Source of the DNA: an uncultured Lachnospiraceae bacterium
GTDB lineage: Bacteria; Bacillota; Clostridia; Lachnospirales; Lachnospiraceae
Direction: 5' to 3'
Length of the DNA: 64,000 nt
Assembly (NCBI GenBank): GCA_900314445.1
Contig: OMVA01000103.1
Location: forward strand, 257-64,256
Shown here one piece after another: positions 1-8,853 of the stretch. Within the stretch, counting starts at the first letter, position 1; each line of letters begins with the position of its first letter. Below the pieces are notes generated by a model. That model had not been told where the DNA came from and did not search any database. It saw only the letters and a program-made list of their open reading frames with translations. A program made the translations under genes and the position numbers.

Positions 1-28
1 AAAAGTCTTTAAAATTAATCAGTGGGTG

Positions 29-63
29 CCGGGGATAGACAGAGGTGTCTATCCCTGGTTTCT
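29..63 (+). terminator. Intrinsic terminator-like hairpin (probably ends the upstream gene outside the window)
   Basis: CCGGGGATAGACA-gagg-TGTCTATCCCTGG followed by TTTCT. Confidence 0.6.
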
Positions 64-101
64 TATGTAACTTCGCCAAGGCGAAATGAAGGAGAAGAAT
101 A

Positions 102-830
102 ATGAAAAAGTTTAAAAAGGTATTTGCTGCAGTAATGATTGGAGCTCTTATAATGTCTCTGGGCGCTTGCAAATCTATTTCAAGAGATACAGCCGCATCT
201 ACAGAAGAGAGCACAGAAAATGCGGATTTTGTTTCTGCACCATCTAATTCAAAAGCGGATGCATCCATTACAGATGCCACAAGTGATGTGCCAATCCTTG
301 GTACAGTAACCGATGGTGTCTATGCAAATGAGTATTTCAATGTAAAGTTCACAGCACCTGCTGATTATGAATTCCGATCACAGGAAAAGCTTGCTGAAAC
401 ATCTGGTCTTACTACAGAATATTTCAATGATGAATTTTTGAAAAAGAATGTTATTGGTAACAATGCAAATTACTTTGATGATCTGGGTGCAGAAAGACTG
501 GATCCTAGATGTCGAGTAACAGCAGTAATCGCTGGTATTGCAACAGATACAGATTCTACAAGACAGGTTGTATCAGATAATCTGGAAGCAGCGCTTATGC
601 AGTATGAATCCCAGGGAACAACGGTAAGCAATACAGATGTTAAAGATACAGTATTTGCCGGTCATAATGTATTTGGCTATTCAGGCCAGTTAAAAACAAG
701 TGCTGGACAGACAGCCTATGAAAATCGTTACTACCTCTTTCATGGTAGAACAGTAATGTGCATCACAATTCTTGCAGAACATGAAGCAGAACTGAAGGAT
801 GCAATTGCTGCATTTGAAGCTTTAAACTAA
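102..830 (+). CDS. Putative lipoprotein of unknown function
   Basis: Basic N-terminus, hydrophobic stretch and lipobox LGAC (Cys23); S/T/A-rich linker; RBS GGAG upstream. Confidence 0.8.
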   Translation: MKKFKKVFAAVMIGALIMSLGACKSISRDTAASTEESTENADFVSAPSNSKADASITDATSDVPILGTVTDGVYANEYFNVKFTAPADYEFRSQEKLAETSGLTTEYFNDEFLKKNVIGNNANYFDDLGAERLDPRCRVTAVIAGIATDTDSTRQVVSDNLEAALMQYESQGTTVSNTDVKDTVFAGHNVFGYSGQLKTSAGQTAYENRYYLFHGRTVMCITILAEHEAELKDAIAAFEALN

Positions 831-841
831 GTACATTTGCA
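830..841. repeat. Intergenic palindromic repeat family, single degenerate half-site
   Basis: AGTACATTTGCA directly at the stop codon; one mismatch to the core AGTYCATTTGC. Confidence 0.4.
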
Positions 842-847
842 TGTATA

Positions 848-877
848 GAAGGCGGAGATTAATTCTCCGCTTTTTCT
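848..877 (+). terminator. Intrinsic terminator
   Basis: GCGGAGA-ttaat-TCTCCGC + TTTTT. Confidence 0.85.
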
Positions 878-1024
878 ATGTAATGAATTTGTTAAAATTG
901 CAAAATTATTAGTAACAATATTTGTATCCAGCGCCGATAATTGATAGTTGTTTGCCTGGAAAACGAGCATAATAAAAAGTGAGAAAAATAATAAATATGT
1001 ATTGGGATATGAAAGGTAAGTGTT

Positions 1025-3457
1025 ATGAAAAAGTGGAGTCGAATTAATTACCTGCCATGCTTACCTCTGGGAAGAGATGGTAGAAGAGTGACAGGTTCAA
1101 GGAAACATATTGTGCAGTCAAGAAATGCTGCCAGAGAAGGAATGGTTCTTCTTAAAAATGAAAATAATGTACTGCCTCTTAGCCTGGGACAGAAAGTTGT
1201 ACTTATGGGAAAAGGTACAACTGATTATGTGAAGGGCGGCGGTGGATCCGGCGATGTTGTTGTGGATTATAGTATGACCCTGGCAGATGGTATGCGTGAA
1301 AAGATGGCCAAGGGTAAGGTTCAGGTTTTTGATGAACTTATCGATTTTTATGTGGATAATATCTGGGCACAGTATAATTCAGGTTGTGTACCAGGACTTA
1401 CCTCAGAACCAGAAATTCCTGCTGACCTTTTAGAAAGAGCTAGGGAATTCTCAGACACAGCCATTGTATCTATTAGCCGTTTCTCTGGAGAAGGCTGGGA
1501 TCGTACATCTGTTGGAGAAGCAGATATTCGTCGTGAATATGGTTCCTGGGAGGGAGAAGATCGAGACGTAAATCTTGCAAATCAGATTTTTGAACGTGGC
1601 GATTTCTATCTCTCTAAGGCAGAAGAGAAGATGATTGAAACAGTAAAGAAAAACTTTGCTCATGTTATTGTTGTCATGAATGTTGGCGGTATGGTGGATT
1701 CCGAATGGTTCTACCAGGATGATCGTATCGAAGCTGTGCTTATGGCATGGCAGGGTGGAATTGAAGGTGGTGGAGCAGCTGCAGATATTATCTGTGGTGA
1801 TGCAAATCCATCTGGACATCTTACGGATACCTTTGCAAAGTCCTTAGAGGATTATCCATCTTCCGCTGAGTTCCATAAGTCTGCTGATTATGTTGAATAC
1901 ACGGATGATATTTATGTTGGTTATCGATATTTTGAAACCATTCCAGGGGCAGCAGAAAGAGTAAATTATCCATTTGGATTTGGTCTTTCTTACACAAACT
2001 TTGAAATTGCGCTGGACAATGCGATGGTAAAAGACCAGCAGATTATTTTTGAAGTATTGGTTCGAAACGCAGGTAATGTTGCAGGTAAAGAAGTAGTTCA
2101 GATTTATGCATCTGCACCCCAGGGAAAGCTTGGTAAGGCAAAGAAAGTCCTGGTTGGATTTACGAAAACTTTCTTCCTGGATCCAGGAGAAAGACAGTTA
2201 ATCAAGGTGTCTGTAGATATTAAAAATCTTGCTTCTTATGATGATCAGGGACTGGTTCAGAAATCAGCCTGGGTACTTGAAAAAGGGAAATATCGTTTCT
2301 ACGTGGGTGAAAACGTACGTGATGCAGGAGAAACAGAATTTATTTACGAAGTGACAGAGGATAGAGTTTTAGAGCAGCTCTCTGAAAGACTGAAGCCTTA
2401 TGGCCTCACGAAGAGAATGCTGGCGGATGGCACTTTCCAGGAAGTTCAAGTAGAAGAGAAGCCACAAGATCCATGTGGTTTTGAAAGACAGGATCCATTA
2501 AGTCTGGAAGGTGTTCTTCCTATCGTTCGTGGGGAGTCAGGCAAATCCCTTCTTCGGATGCAGATGGAGAAAAAGCCACAGTTAATTGATGTTTATAAGG
2601 GAAAGATGTCTCTGGATGACTTCCTGATTCAGCTTCCTTTACAGAATCGAATTGACCTTTTAGGTGGTCAGCCAAACACAGGCCTGGCAAATACATTTGG
2701 CATTGGTAATCAGGCGGAATATGGTATTCCAAATGTAATGACTGCAGATGGTCCTGCAGGACTTCGTGTGACTGCTGATTCTGGCGTTACAACAACAGCC
2801 TGGCCTTGTGCAACAATGCTTGCTTGTTCCTGGAATACAGAACTTGTGGAAGGGGTTGGTAGATCCGCAGCGTTGGAAGTAAAAGAGAACAATATTGGTA
2901 TGTGGCTTACACCTGCATGCTGTATTCATAGAAGTCCACTGTGCGGAAGAAACTTTGAGTATTACTCAGAGGATCCATTCCTGTCAGGTAAGATTGGTGC
3001 AGCTATGGTAAATGGTATTCAGTCTGAACATATTGCTGCATCTCCAAAGCACTTTGCAGCAAACAATAAGGAGACAAATCGTAAGGCATCAGACTCTATT
3101 GTTTCAGAGAGAGCACTTCGTGAAATCTATTTGAAGCAGTTTGAAATTATTGTTAAGGAATCTGATCCTTGGACTATCATGTCATCATATAATCTCTTAA
3201 ATGGTACACATACTTCAGAGTCTTACGACCTGCTTACAGGTATTCTTCGTGAGGAATGGGGCTTTCAGGGAATGGTAACTACAGACTGGTGGAGCCTGGG
3301 AGAGCATTACCTGGAGACAAAGGCAGGCAATGATCTAAAGATGGCTAACGGTTATCCAGATCGAGTAAAAAAGGCTTATGAAATGGGTCTGATCTCCGAA
3401 GAAGAAATTAACCTTGCTGTTAAGAATATTCTTGGTCTGATTTTAAAGATCGATTAA
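1025..3457 (+). CDS. Glycoside hydrolase family 3 (beta-glucosidase/xylosidase-like), circularly permuted domain order
   Basis: GH3_C motifs first (AAREGMVLLKN, GGGSG, YVGYRYF, PFGFGLSYT) and an Fn3-like domain; GH3_N last (ADGPAGLR, GRNFEYYSEDP, KHFAANN, nucleophile in VTTDW). Confidence 0.93.
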   Translation: MKKWSRINYLPCLPLGRDGRRVTGSRKHIVQSRNAAREGMVLLKNENNVLPLSLGQKVVLMGKGTTDYVKGGGGSGDVVVDYSMTLADGMREKMAKGKVQVFDELIDFYVDNIWAQYNSGCVPGLTSEPEIPADLLERAREFSDTAIVSISRFSGEGWDRTSVGEADIRREYGSWEGEDRDVNLANQIFERGDFYLSKAEEKMIETVKKNFAHVIVVMNVGGMVDSEWFYQDDRIEAVLMAWQGGIEGGGAAADIICGDANPSGHLTDTFAKSLEDYPSSAEFHKSADYVEYTDDIYVGYRYFETIPGAAERVNYPFGFGLSYTNFEIALDNAMVKDQQIIFEVLVRNAGNVAGKEVVQIYASAPQGKLGKAKKVLVGFTKTFFLDPGERQLIKVSVDIKNLASYDDQGLVQKSAWVLEKGKYRFYVGENVRDAGETEFIYEVTEDRVLEQLSERLKPYGLTKRMLADGTFQEVQVEEKPQDPCGFERQDPLSLEGVLPIVRGESGKSLLRMQMEKKPQLIDVYKGKMSLDDFLIQLPLQNRIDLLGGQPNTGLANTFGIGNQAEYGIPNVMTADGPAGLRVTADSGVTTTAWPCATMLACSWNTELVEGVGRSAALEVKENNIGMWLTPACCIHRSPLCGRNFEYYSEDPFLSGKIGAAMVNGIQSEHIAASPKHFAANNKETNRKASDSIVSERALREIYLKQFEIIVKESDPWTIMSSYNLLNGTHTSESYDLLTGILREEWGFQGMVTTDWWSLGEHYLETKAGNDLKMANGYPDRVKKAYEMGLISEEEINLAVKNILGLILKID

Positions 3458-3526
3458 AAGGGTCTCAAAAGATAGTATAATCATTCTTGGCCTTATAAGA
3501 TCATATATAAATATAATTTGTGAATT

Positions 3527-3558
3527 AAGGCGTCCGCGTTGTGCGGGCGTCTTTTTTT
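3527..3558 (+). terminator. Intrinsic terminator
   Basis: AAGGCGTCCGC-gttgt-GCGGGCGTCTT + T-run. Confidence 0.85.
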
Positions 3559-3605
3559 ATAGGCGAATGTTGTATTGTGAAATCTATTAATACGTATTAA
3601 TAAAA

Positions 3606-3664
3606 CTTAAGAAAATCTTAATCTCTTCCTTATTTCTTCTTAATTCTATTTTGTGTAATATAAT
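3606..3664 (+). promoter_or_regulatory. 11-bp-phased CTTAA direct repeats upstream of a TATAAT -10; candidate OmpR-family binding array
   Basis: CTTAAG 3606, CTTAAT 3617, degenerate CCTTAT 3628, CTTAAT 3639; TATAAT 3659-3664. Confidence 0.5.
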
Positions 3665-3688
3665 TACATAAACAGGAGGGGGAATCAC

Positions 3689-4378
3689 ATGTACACAATC
3701 TTAATTTGCGATGACGATAAAGATATCGTAAGAGCGCTCGAAATCTATCTTGCAAATCCAGATTACAAAATTATAAAAGCCTATAACGGAGAAGAAGCCT
3801 TGCAAAGGGTAGTCTCTGAGGAAGTACATTTAATCCTCATGGATATCATGATGCCTGTGATGGACGGACTTACTGCTATGACAAAAATCAGAGAGAAGTC
3901 CAATGTGCCAGTGATTCTTCTTACCGCAAAGTCTGAGGATACCGATAAAATTCTGGGACTGAATGTGGGGGCAGATGACTATATCACAAAGCCATTTAAT
4001 CCTATCGAAGTGCTGGCTCGCGTTAAGTCCCAGCTTCGCCGTTATATGACCCTGGGTGGAGGAGAGGTGAAGGCAGATACCATTTCCCTTCGAGGAATTG
4101 AACTGTCTGAAGCCAACCGAAAAGTTACAGTGGATGGCAATCCCATTTGCCTTACACCAAAGGAGTTTGAAATTCTTCGCTTTTTTATGAAACATCCCAA
4201 TCATGTGTATTCACCTACTGACATTTATGAAAATATCTGGCATGAATCCAGTCTCTCCAAAGATGGAAATACGGTTGCTGTTCACATCCGTCACCTGAGA
4301 GAGAAGATTGAAATAGACCCTGCCAACCCTAGAATTCTCAAGGTTGTATTTGGGCAGGGCTATATATTAGAGAATTAA
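3689..4378 (+). CDS. OmpR/PhoB-family response regulator
   Basis: ILICDDD, LILMDIMMP (phospho-Asp), GADDYITKPF; winged helix LTPKEFEIL...VAVHIRHLREKIE. Confidence 0.96.
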   Translation: MYTILICDDDKDIVRALEIYLANPDYKIIKAYNGEEALQRVVSEEVHLILMDIMMPVMDGLTAMTKIREKSNVPVILLTAKSEDTDKILGLNVGADDYITKPFNPIEVLARVKSQLRRYMTLGGGEVKADTISLRGIELSEANRKVTVDGNPICLTPKEFEILRFFMKHPNHVYSPTDIYENIWHESSLSKDGNTVAVHIRHLREKIEIDPANPRILKVVFGQGYILEN

Positions 4379-4384
4379 TGGAGG

Positions 4385-6544
4385 ATGATTATGATTAAGT
4401 TCTTTAAAAGCCTTCCTGGAAAAGTTTTGCTTTTTATAGTGACTTGGATACTGGGAATTACCATGGTTGCTTCCATCATTGCCACGGCCTTCCTGACACT
4501 TTCGGATGACTACAAAACCGAAAGAAAGAATCTCATTTACACACGTGTAAATAGCGAGACCCTAGCCTATGCAATTGGACTTGCCAAGGATACTTTTAAT
4601 ATTGACTATAGAGATGAATGTTATGACGGAAATACAACCATACCTGATTCATTGAAATATCGTATTGTTTCTGTGGATGATAAGAAACAAGTATATGGTG
4701 AGAATACGAAAGCAGAGTTTGATCCTGAGTTCACATATACGATTATCAGAGATGTGAAAAATGGTTACTTGGTCGATGTGGTTATGTCCAATATTCCTGA
4801 GGAAGAGATTAGTAATGTGATTGCAAGTTACGTCTGGTCTAATGAGAATCAGGATGAGGAATATGATATAGTAAATGATACAGTAAATGATACGGAAGCT
4901 ACTACTGAAATAGCTGCGGAAGCTACTACTTTGGAAGCAGCTGCGGAAGACCCTATTGAAAGTACAGCTAATGAGGAATATGAAGTAATTAAGGATTTTG
5001 GTGAGTACAGTGTTCGCTATGAAAAATCTGATTACGCATCCTACTACCTGTATTGCACTTATAATGGGGATTATTCTTCCTTTGCAAGCCTGCAGGCAGA
5101 GCTTTTGATTGGCGATTTTGTAAATGCAAATCGATACCTGATTTATACCCTGGCAATGATTTCAAGTCTTCTTTTCCTGGCAGCGTATATACTGCTTCTC
5201 TGTGTATCCGGAAGAAGAAAAGAAGAAGGGTTGTATCCAGGATTCTTCCATAAAGTACCTACGGATCTCTTGCTTGCCGCAACGGTAATACTTGTATTCC
5301 TTTTGTCTTTATGGATGGATTCTTTATCATTCACACCAAGCAATCTTTATTTCTTCTTCATAATGGGATGTGCTTTGGGCCTGATTTTCCTGGGTCTTTC
5401 CATGAGTCTTGCAACCCGTATTAAGGCAAAAACTCTTTTCAAGAATACAGTAATTGTTTGGCTGATTTGCCTCCTGATCAAATTATGCAAATGGGTTGCG
5501 GGTAAATTTCATGATTTATTTGAGAACATTCCATTTGGCTGGTTCTTTGCATACCTGGCCCTGTTTATTCTGCTGGTAATCTTTGAAGGAATCTTCCTGA
5601 TAGGATTCCGAAGCCCGAGCTACTGGTTCCTTAAGAATGTCGCATTATTCGTAGTCCTGCTTGTACTAGCCTTAGATATTGCCAAATTACGTAAGGGAAC
5701 ATCCAATATTGCAAAGGGTAAGGTGGATTATAAGATTGAAGCAAAGAAATTACATGGTCCATTTATCCAGCAGGGAGAGGATTTAAATCATATTTCTGAT
5801 GGAATTTCAGTTGCCGTAGAAGAGCAGCTGAAGAGTGAACGCATGAAGACAGAGCTCATCACCAACGTATCTCACGATATTAAGACACCTCTTACATCCA
5901 TTATCAATTACACGGATTTACTGGATAAGGAACTGACAGAGGAAGAGAAGGCTGCAAATCCAAAACTGTCCGAATATACAGAAGTGCTCACACGACAGTC
6001 CAATAAGTTAAAGAGGCTGATTGAGGATTTGGTGGAGGTGTCTAAAGCATCCACAGGAAATCTGGACGTGAAGTTATCTATTTGTAATGCAGCAGTCTTT
6101 CTGTCACAGGTTGCGGGAGAGTATAAAGAAAAACTGGATGCTTCCAATCTGGAGCTTGTAATCAAAGGAGAAGACCTCTTTGTTCCAATCAAGGCAGATG
6201 GCAGAAGAATGCTGAGAGTATTTGATAATCTGATGAATAACATCTGCAAGTATGCCCAGCCAGGAACTAGAGTCTATCTGAATCTGGCAGATGTGCATGA
6301 CACAGCAGTCATTACATTTAAGAATACATCCCGAGAAGAGTTGGATGTGACACCTGATGAACTGATGGAGAGATTTGTCAGAGGAGATAAGTCCCGTACA
6401 ACAGAGGGAAATGGACTTGGTCTAGCCATTGCCCGCTCTATGACAGAACTTCAGGGAGGACAGATGAACATTGAAATTGATGGTGATTTATTTAAAGTCA
6501 TTCTTCGTTTCCCGATAAATAGGGAAGCAAATCTGACAGAATAA
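4385..6544 (+). CDS. Membrane sensor histidine kinase
   Basis: N-terminal TM, large extracytoplasmic domain with acidic linker, several TMs; H-box NVSHDIKTPL, N-box DNLMNNICKY, G2 GNGLGLAIA. Confidence 0.95.
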   Translation: MIMIKFFKSLPGKVLLFIVTWILGITMVASIIATAFLTLSDDYKTERKNLIYTRVNSETLAYAIGLAKDTFNIDYRDECYDGNTTIPDSLKYRIVSVDDKKQVYGENTKAEFDPEFTYTIIRDVKNGYLVDVVMSNIPEEEISNVIASYVWSNENQDEEYDIVNDTVNDTEATTEIAAEATTLEAAAEDPIESTANEEYEVIKDFGEYSVRYEKSDYASYYLYCTYNGDYSSFASLQAELLIGDFVNANRYLIYTLAMISSLLFLAAYILLLCVSGRRKEEGLYPGFFHKVPTDLLLAATVILVFLLSLWMDSLSFTPSNLYFFFIMGCALGLIFLGLSMSLATRIKAKTLFKNTVIVWLICLLIKLCKWVAGKFHDLFENIPFGWFFAYLALFILLVIFEGIFLIGFRSPSYWFLKNVALFVVLLVLALDIAKLRKGTSNIAKGKVDYKIEAKKLHGPFIQQGEDLNHISDGISVAVEEQLKSERMKTELITNVSHDIKTPLTSIINYTDLLDKELTEEEKAANPKLSEYTEVLTRQSNKLKRLIEDLVEVSKASTGNLDVKLSICNAAVFLSQVAGEYKEKLDASNLELVIKGEDLFVPIKADGRRMLRVFDNLMNNICKYAQPGTRVYLNLADVHDTAVITFKNTSREELDVTPDELMERFVRGDKSRTTEGNGLGLAIARSMTELQGGQMNIEIDGDLFKVILRFPINREANLTE

Positions 6545-6567
6545 ATAAATTGCTCAAAAGGTAACGA

Positions 6568-6596
6568 TTGACAACTGTAAAATGCTGTATTATTTT
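6568..6596 (+). promoter_or_regulatory. Sigma-A promoter for the riboswitch leader
   Basis: TTGACA 6568-6573, 17-bp spacer, TATTTT 6591-6596. Confidence 0.55.
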
Positions 6597-6607
6597 ATCT
6601 TCGGTTA

Positions 6608-6690
6608 ATCTCTGGAGAGTTCCCATTAAGGGACGCCGAAGGTGTAAAGCAGTAGACAGGCTGCCGATCTCTCAGGCAAATGGACAGAGC
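6608..6690 (+). ncRNA. Glycine riboswitch (single aptamer)
   Basis: Hallmark segments CTCTGGAGAG...CGCCGAAGG...CTCTCAGG...GGACAGAG; P1 CTCTG/CAGAG; lies upstream of an Ala/Gly symporter. Confidence 0.9.
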
Positions 6691-6746
6691 ATATACATTG
6701 CGTTTATATGCATTGGATTTATCAATCCCGTTCTAACACTCTTTAG

Positions 6747-6797
6747 AGAGCCAGTTCAACATGAGGTAAGGAGAACCTTATGTGAACCGGCTCTTTT
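6747..6797 (+). terminator. Long terminator hairpin = riboswitch expression platform
   Basis: AGAGCCAGTTCAACATGAGGT...ACCTTATGTGAACCGGCTCT + TTT(CGTTTT), between the aptamer and the start codon. Confidence 0.75.
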
Positions 6798-6882
6798 CGT
6801 TTTGTCGATTCGACAATTCAAAAAGCCTCATTTTTATGAAAATATCCTGTCACACATTTCATTTTGAGGAGGATTTCCAAAC

Positions 6883-8349
6883 ATGGAAACACTAAACAAG
6901 GTACTCGGTAACATTGACGATTTCGTCTGGGGCGTTCCACTGATCGTCGCAATCCTGGCTGTAGGTCTTTTACTTACAATCAGAACAAAGGGCTTGCAGT
7001 TCAGCAAACTGGGCTTAGGCTTCAAGTATGCCTTTTCTAGAGATAAGGCTCATCAGAAGGAAGGCGATCTTTCACCTTTCCAGGCTCTTTGTACAGCACT
7101 TTCTGCAACAATTGGTACAGGTAACATTGTCGGCGTAGCAACAGCTATTGCAGCCGGTGGTCCTGGTGCGCTTTTCTGGATGTGGATGGCAGCACTGGTT
7201 GGTACAGCAACAAAGTTTTCTGAGTGTATGCTTGCTGTAAAGTATCGTACTAAGGCAGAAGATGGTCATATCGTTGGTGGACCTTTCTATTATATTGAAA
7301 AGGGTATGGGACCAAAGTGGAAATGGCTTGCAAAGCTTTTCGCTTTCTTCGGACTTCTTGTAGGTCTTTGGGGAATTGGTACATTCTCACAGATTAATGG
7401 TATCACTTCAGCCGTTAAGAACTTCTTTGATCCAAACACTGCTCATGTAGCATTCCACGCATTTGACATGGACTACTCATGGTCAACAGTTATTACAGGA
7501 CTTCTCCTTACACTTGCAGTTGGTCTTGTAATCATCGGTGGTGTTAAGAGAATCTCAGCTGTTGCTGAAAAGATCGTTCCATTCATGGCCGTTCTTTACA
7601 TCGTAATCAGCTTAATCGTTCTGTTTACACACATTACATCAATTCCTGCAGCTTTATCAGTAATCATCAGAGCAGCATTTAATCCTAAAGCTGTAACAGG
7701 TGGTGCTGTTGGTTCTATCGTCGTAGCAATGCAGAAGGGTATCGCACGTGGTATCTTCTCTAACGAAGCAGGTATCGGTTCAGCTCCTATCGCAGCAGCT
7801 GCAGCAAGAACAGAAGAACCAGTTCACCAGGGGCTTATCTCTATGCTGGGAACATTTATTGATACAATCATCATCTGTACTATGACAGGTGTTACAATCG
7901 TAATCATGCAGCTTAGTAATGCATCTGCATTTGATGGCCTGGAAGGCGTTCAGATTACAACAAAGGCATTCCAGTTAGGTCTTCCAATTCCTGAGCAGTG
8001 GTCAGCGTTCATCCTGATGATCTGCCTTGTATTCTTCGCATTCACAACAATCCTTGGTTGGAATTACTACTCAGAGAGATGTCTGGATTACCTTTCACAC
8101 AACAATGTTAAGGCAATCAAGATCTTCAGATTCCTTTACATCCTCTGCGTATTCATCGGACCTTACATGACAGTATCTGCTGTATGGACAATCGCTGATA
8201 TCGTAAATGGTCTTATGGCTATTCCAAACCTCATCGCACTGGTTGCTCTGAATGGTGTAGTGGTAGCAGAAGTAAATGCTTACTTCAAAAAACTGAATAC
8301 AACTCCTAGTATTGAGTCACCTAGCATCGTAGAGTCAATTGATGAATAA
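6883..8349 (+). CDS. agcS: Alanine/glycine:cation symporter (AGCS family)
   Basis: ALSATIGTGNIVGVA, GGPGALFWMW, GGPFYYIEKG, RGIFSNEAGIGSAP, FAFTTILGW. Confidence 0.95.
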   Translation: METLNKVLGNIDDFVWGVPLIVAILAVGLLLTIRTKGLQFSKLGLGFKYAFSRDKAHQKEGDLSPFQALCTALSATIGTGNIVGVATAIAAGGPGALFWMWMAALVGTATKFSECMLAVKYRTKAEDGHIVGGPFYYIEKGMGPKWKWLAKLFAFFGLLVGLWGIGTFSQINGITSAVKNFFDPNTAHVAFHAFDMDYSWSTVITGLLLTLAVGLVIIGGVKRISAVAEKIVPFMAVLYIVISLIVLFTHITSIPAALSVIIRAAFNPKAVTGGAVGSIVVAMQKGIARGIFSNEAGIGSAPIAAAAARTEEPVHQGLISMLGTFIDTIIICTMTGVTIVIMQLSNASAFDGLEGVQITTKAFQLGLPIPEQWSAFILMICLVFFAFTTILGWNYYSERCLDYLSHNNVKAIKIFRFLYILCVFIGPYMTVSAVWTIADIVNGLMAIPNLIALVALNGVVVAEVNAYFKKLNTTPSIESPSIVESIDE

Positions 8350-8433
8350 TTCATTTGCTTAAAAATACACGACCTATGTAGCGGAAATGGAATATAGACT
8401 TCTATATTCCCATAGTAACTGTATTTTTATATA

Positions 8434-8484
8434 AGCCTGCAAGTTCAGGGTCTACCCCCCCGATTGAACTTGCAGGCTCTTTTG
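8434..8484 (+). terminator. Intrinsic terminator
   Basis: AGCCTGCAAGTTCA ... TGAACTTGCAGGCT + CTTTTG. Confidence 0.8.
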
Positions 8485-8502
8485 TTTATTATAGGAATAT
8501 GT

Positions 8503-8528
8503 GCAAATGCACTGCGCAGTTCATTTGC
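8503..8528. repeat. Intergenic palindromic repeat family, near-perfect 26-bp type copy
   Basis: GCAAATGCACTGCGCAGTTCATTTGC (palindrome with one mismatch). Confidence 0.85.
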
Positions 8529-8584
8529 CAAAGGGAAAAGATTAACACAAGTATTTTTACTTGGTGGAGGACAGCCTACTGGAG

Positions 8585-8836
8585 ATGGACTGGCTTCTGA
8601 TTATTTTACTTATCGAGGAGAAAAATGGTAGATTTGCTGTCTGTGGCTTGGTTGCAGGAATTGTTAGTTTGCTGCTGGCACTTCGTGGCGTCATGCTTGG
8701 TTTTCTTCCATGGGTATGTGCTCTGATTTTTATTGCTAAGGGATTTAAGAGTAATCGAAAAGGAGAAACAATTGCAGCATTGATTTTCCTTCTGGCAAGT
8801 ATTCCTGTATTTTTGTGGAGGCTTGCAATTAGTTAA
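8585..8836 (+). CDS. Small hypothetical membrane protein (start uncertain; ORF extends to 8561)
   Basis: Two to three hydrophobic segments; fills the gap before the esterase gene. Confidence 0.5.
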   Translation: MDWLLIILLIEEKNGRFAVCGLVAGIVSLLLALRGVMLGFLPWVCALIFIAKGFKSNRKGETIAALIFLLASIPVFLWRLAIS

Positions 8837-8853
8837 AACAAAAGGAGTTATGC

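Noticed and set aside
6676-6685. GCAAATGGAC match to the repeat core
   Set aside because: Part of the conserved glycine-aptamer 3' segment (CAGGCAAA.GGACAG); coincidental
6568-6867. 99-aa ORF in the agcS leader
   Set aside because: Starts at the TTG of the -35 box and runs through the riboswitch and terminator; not protein-like
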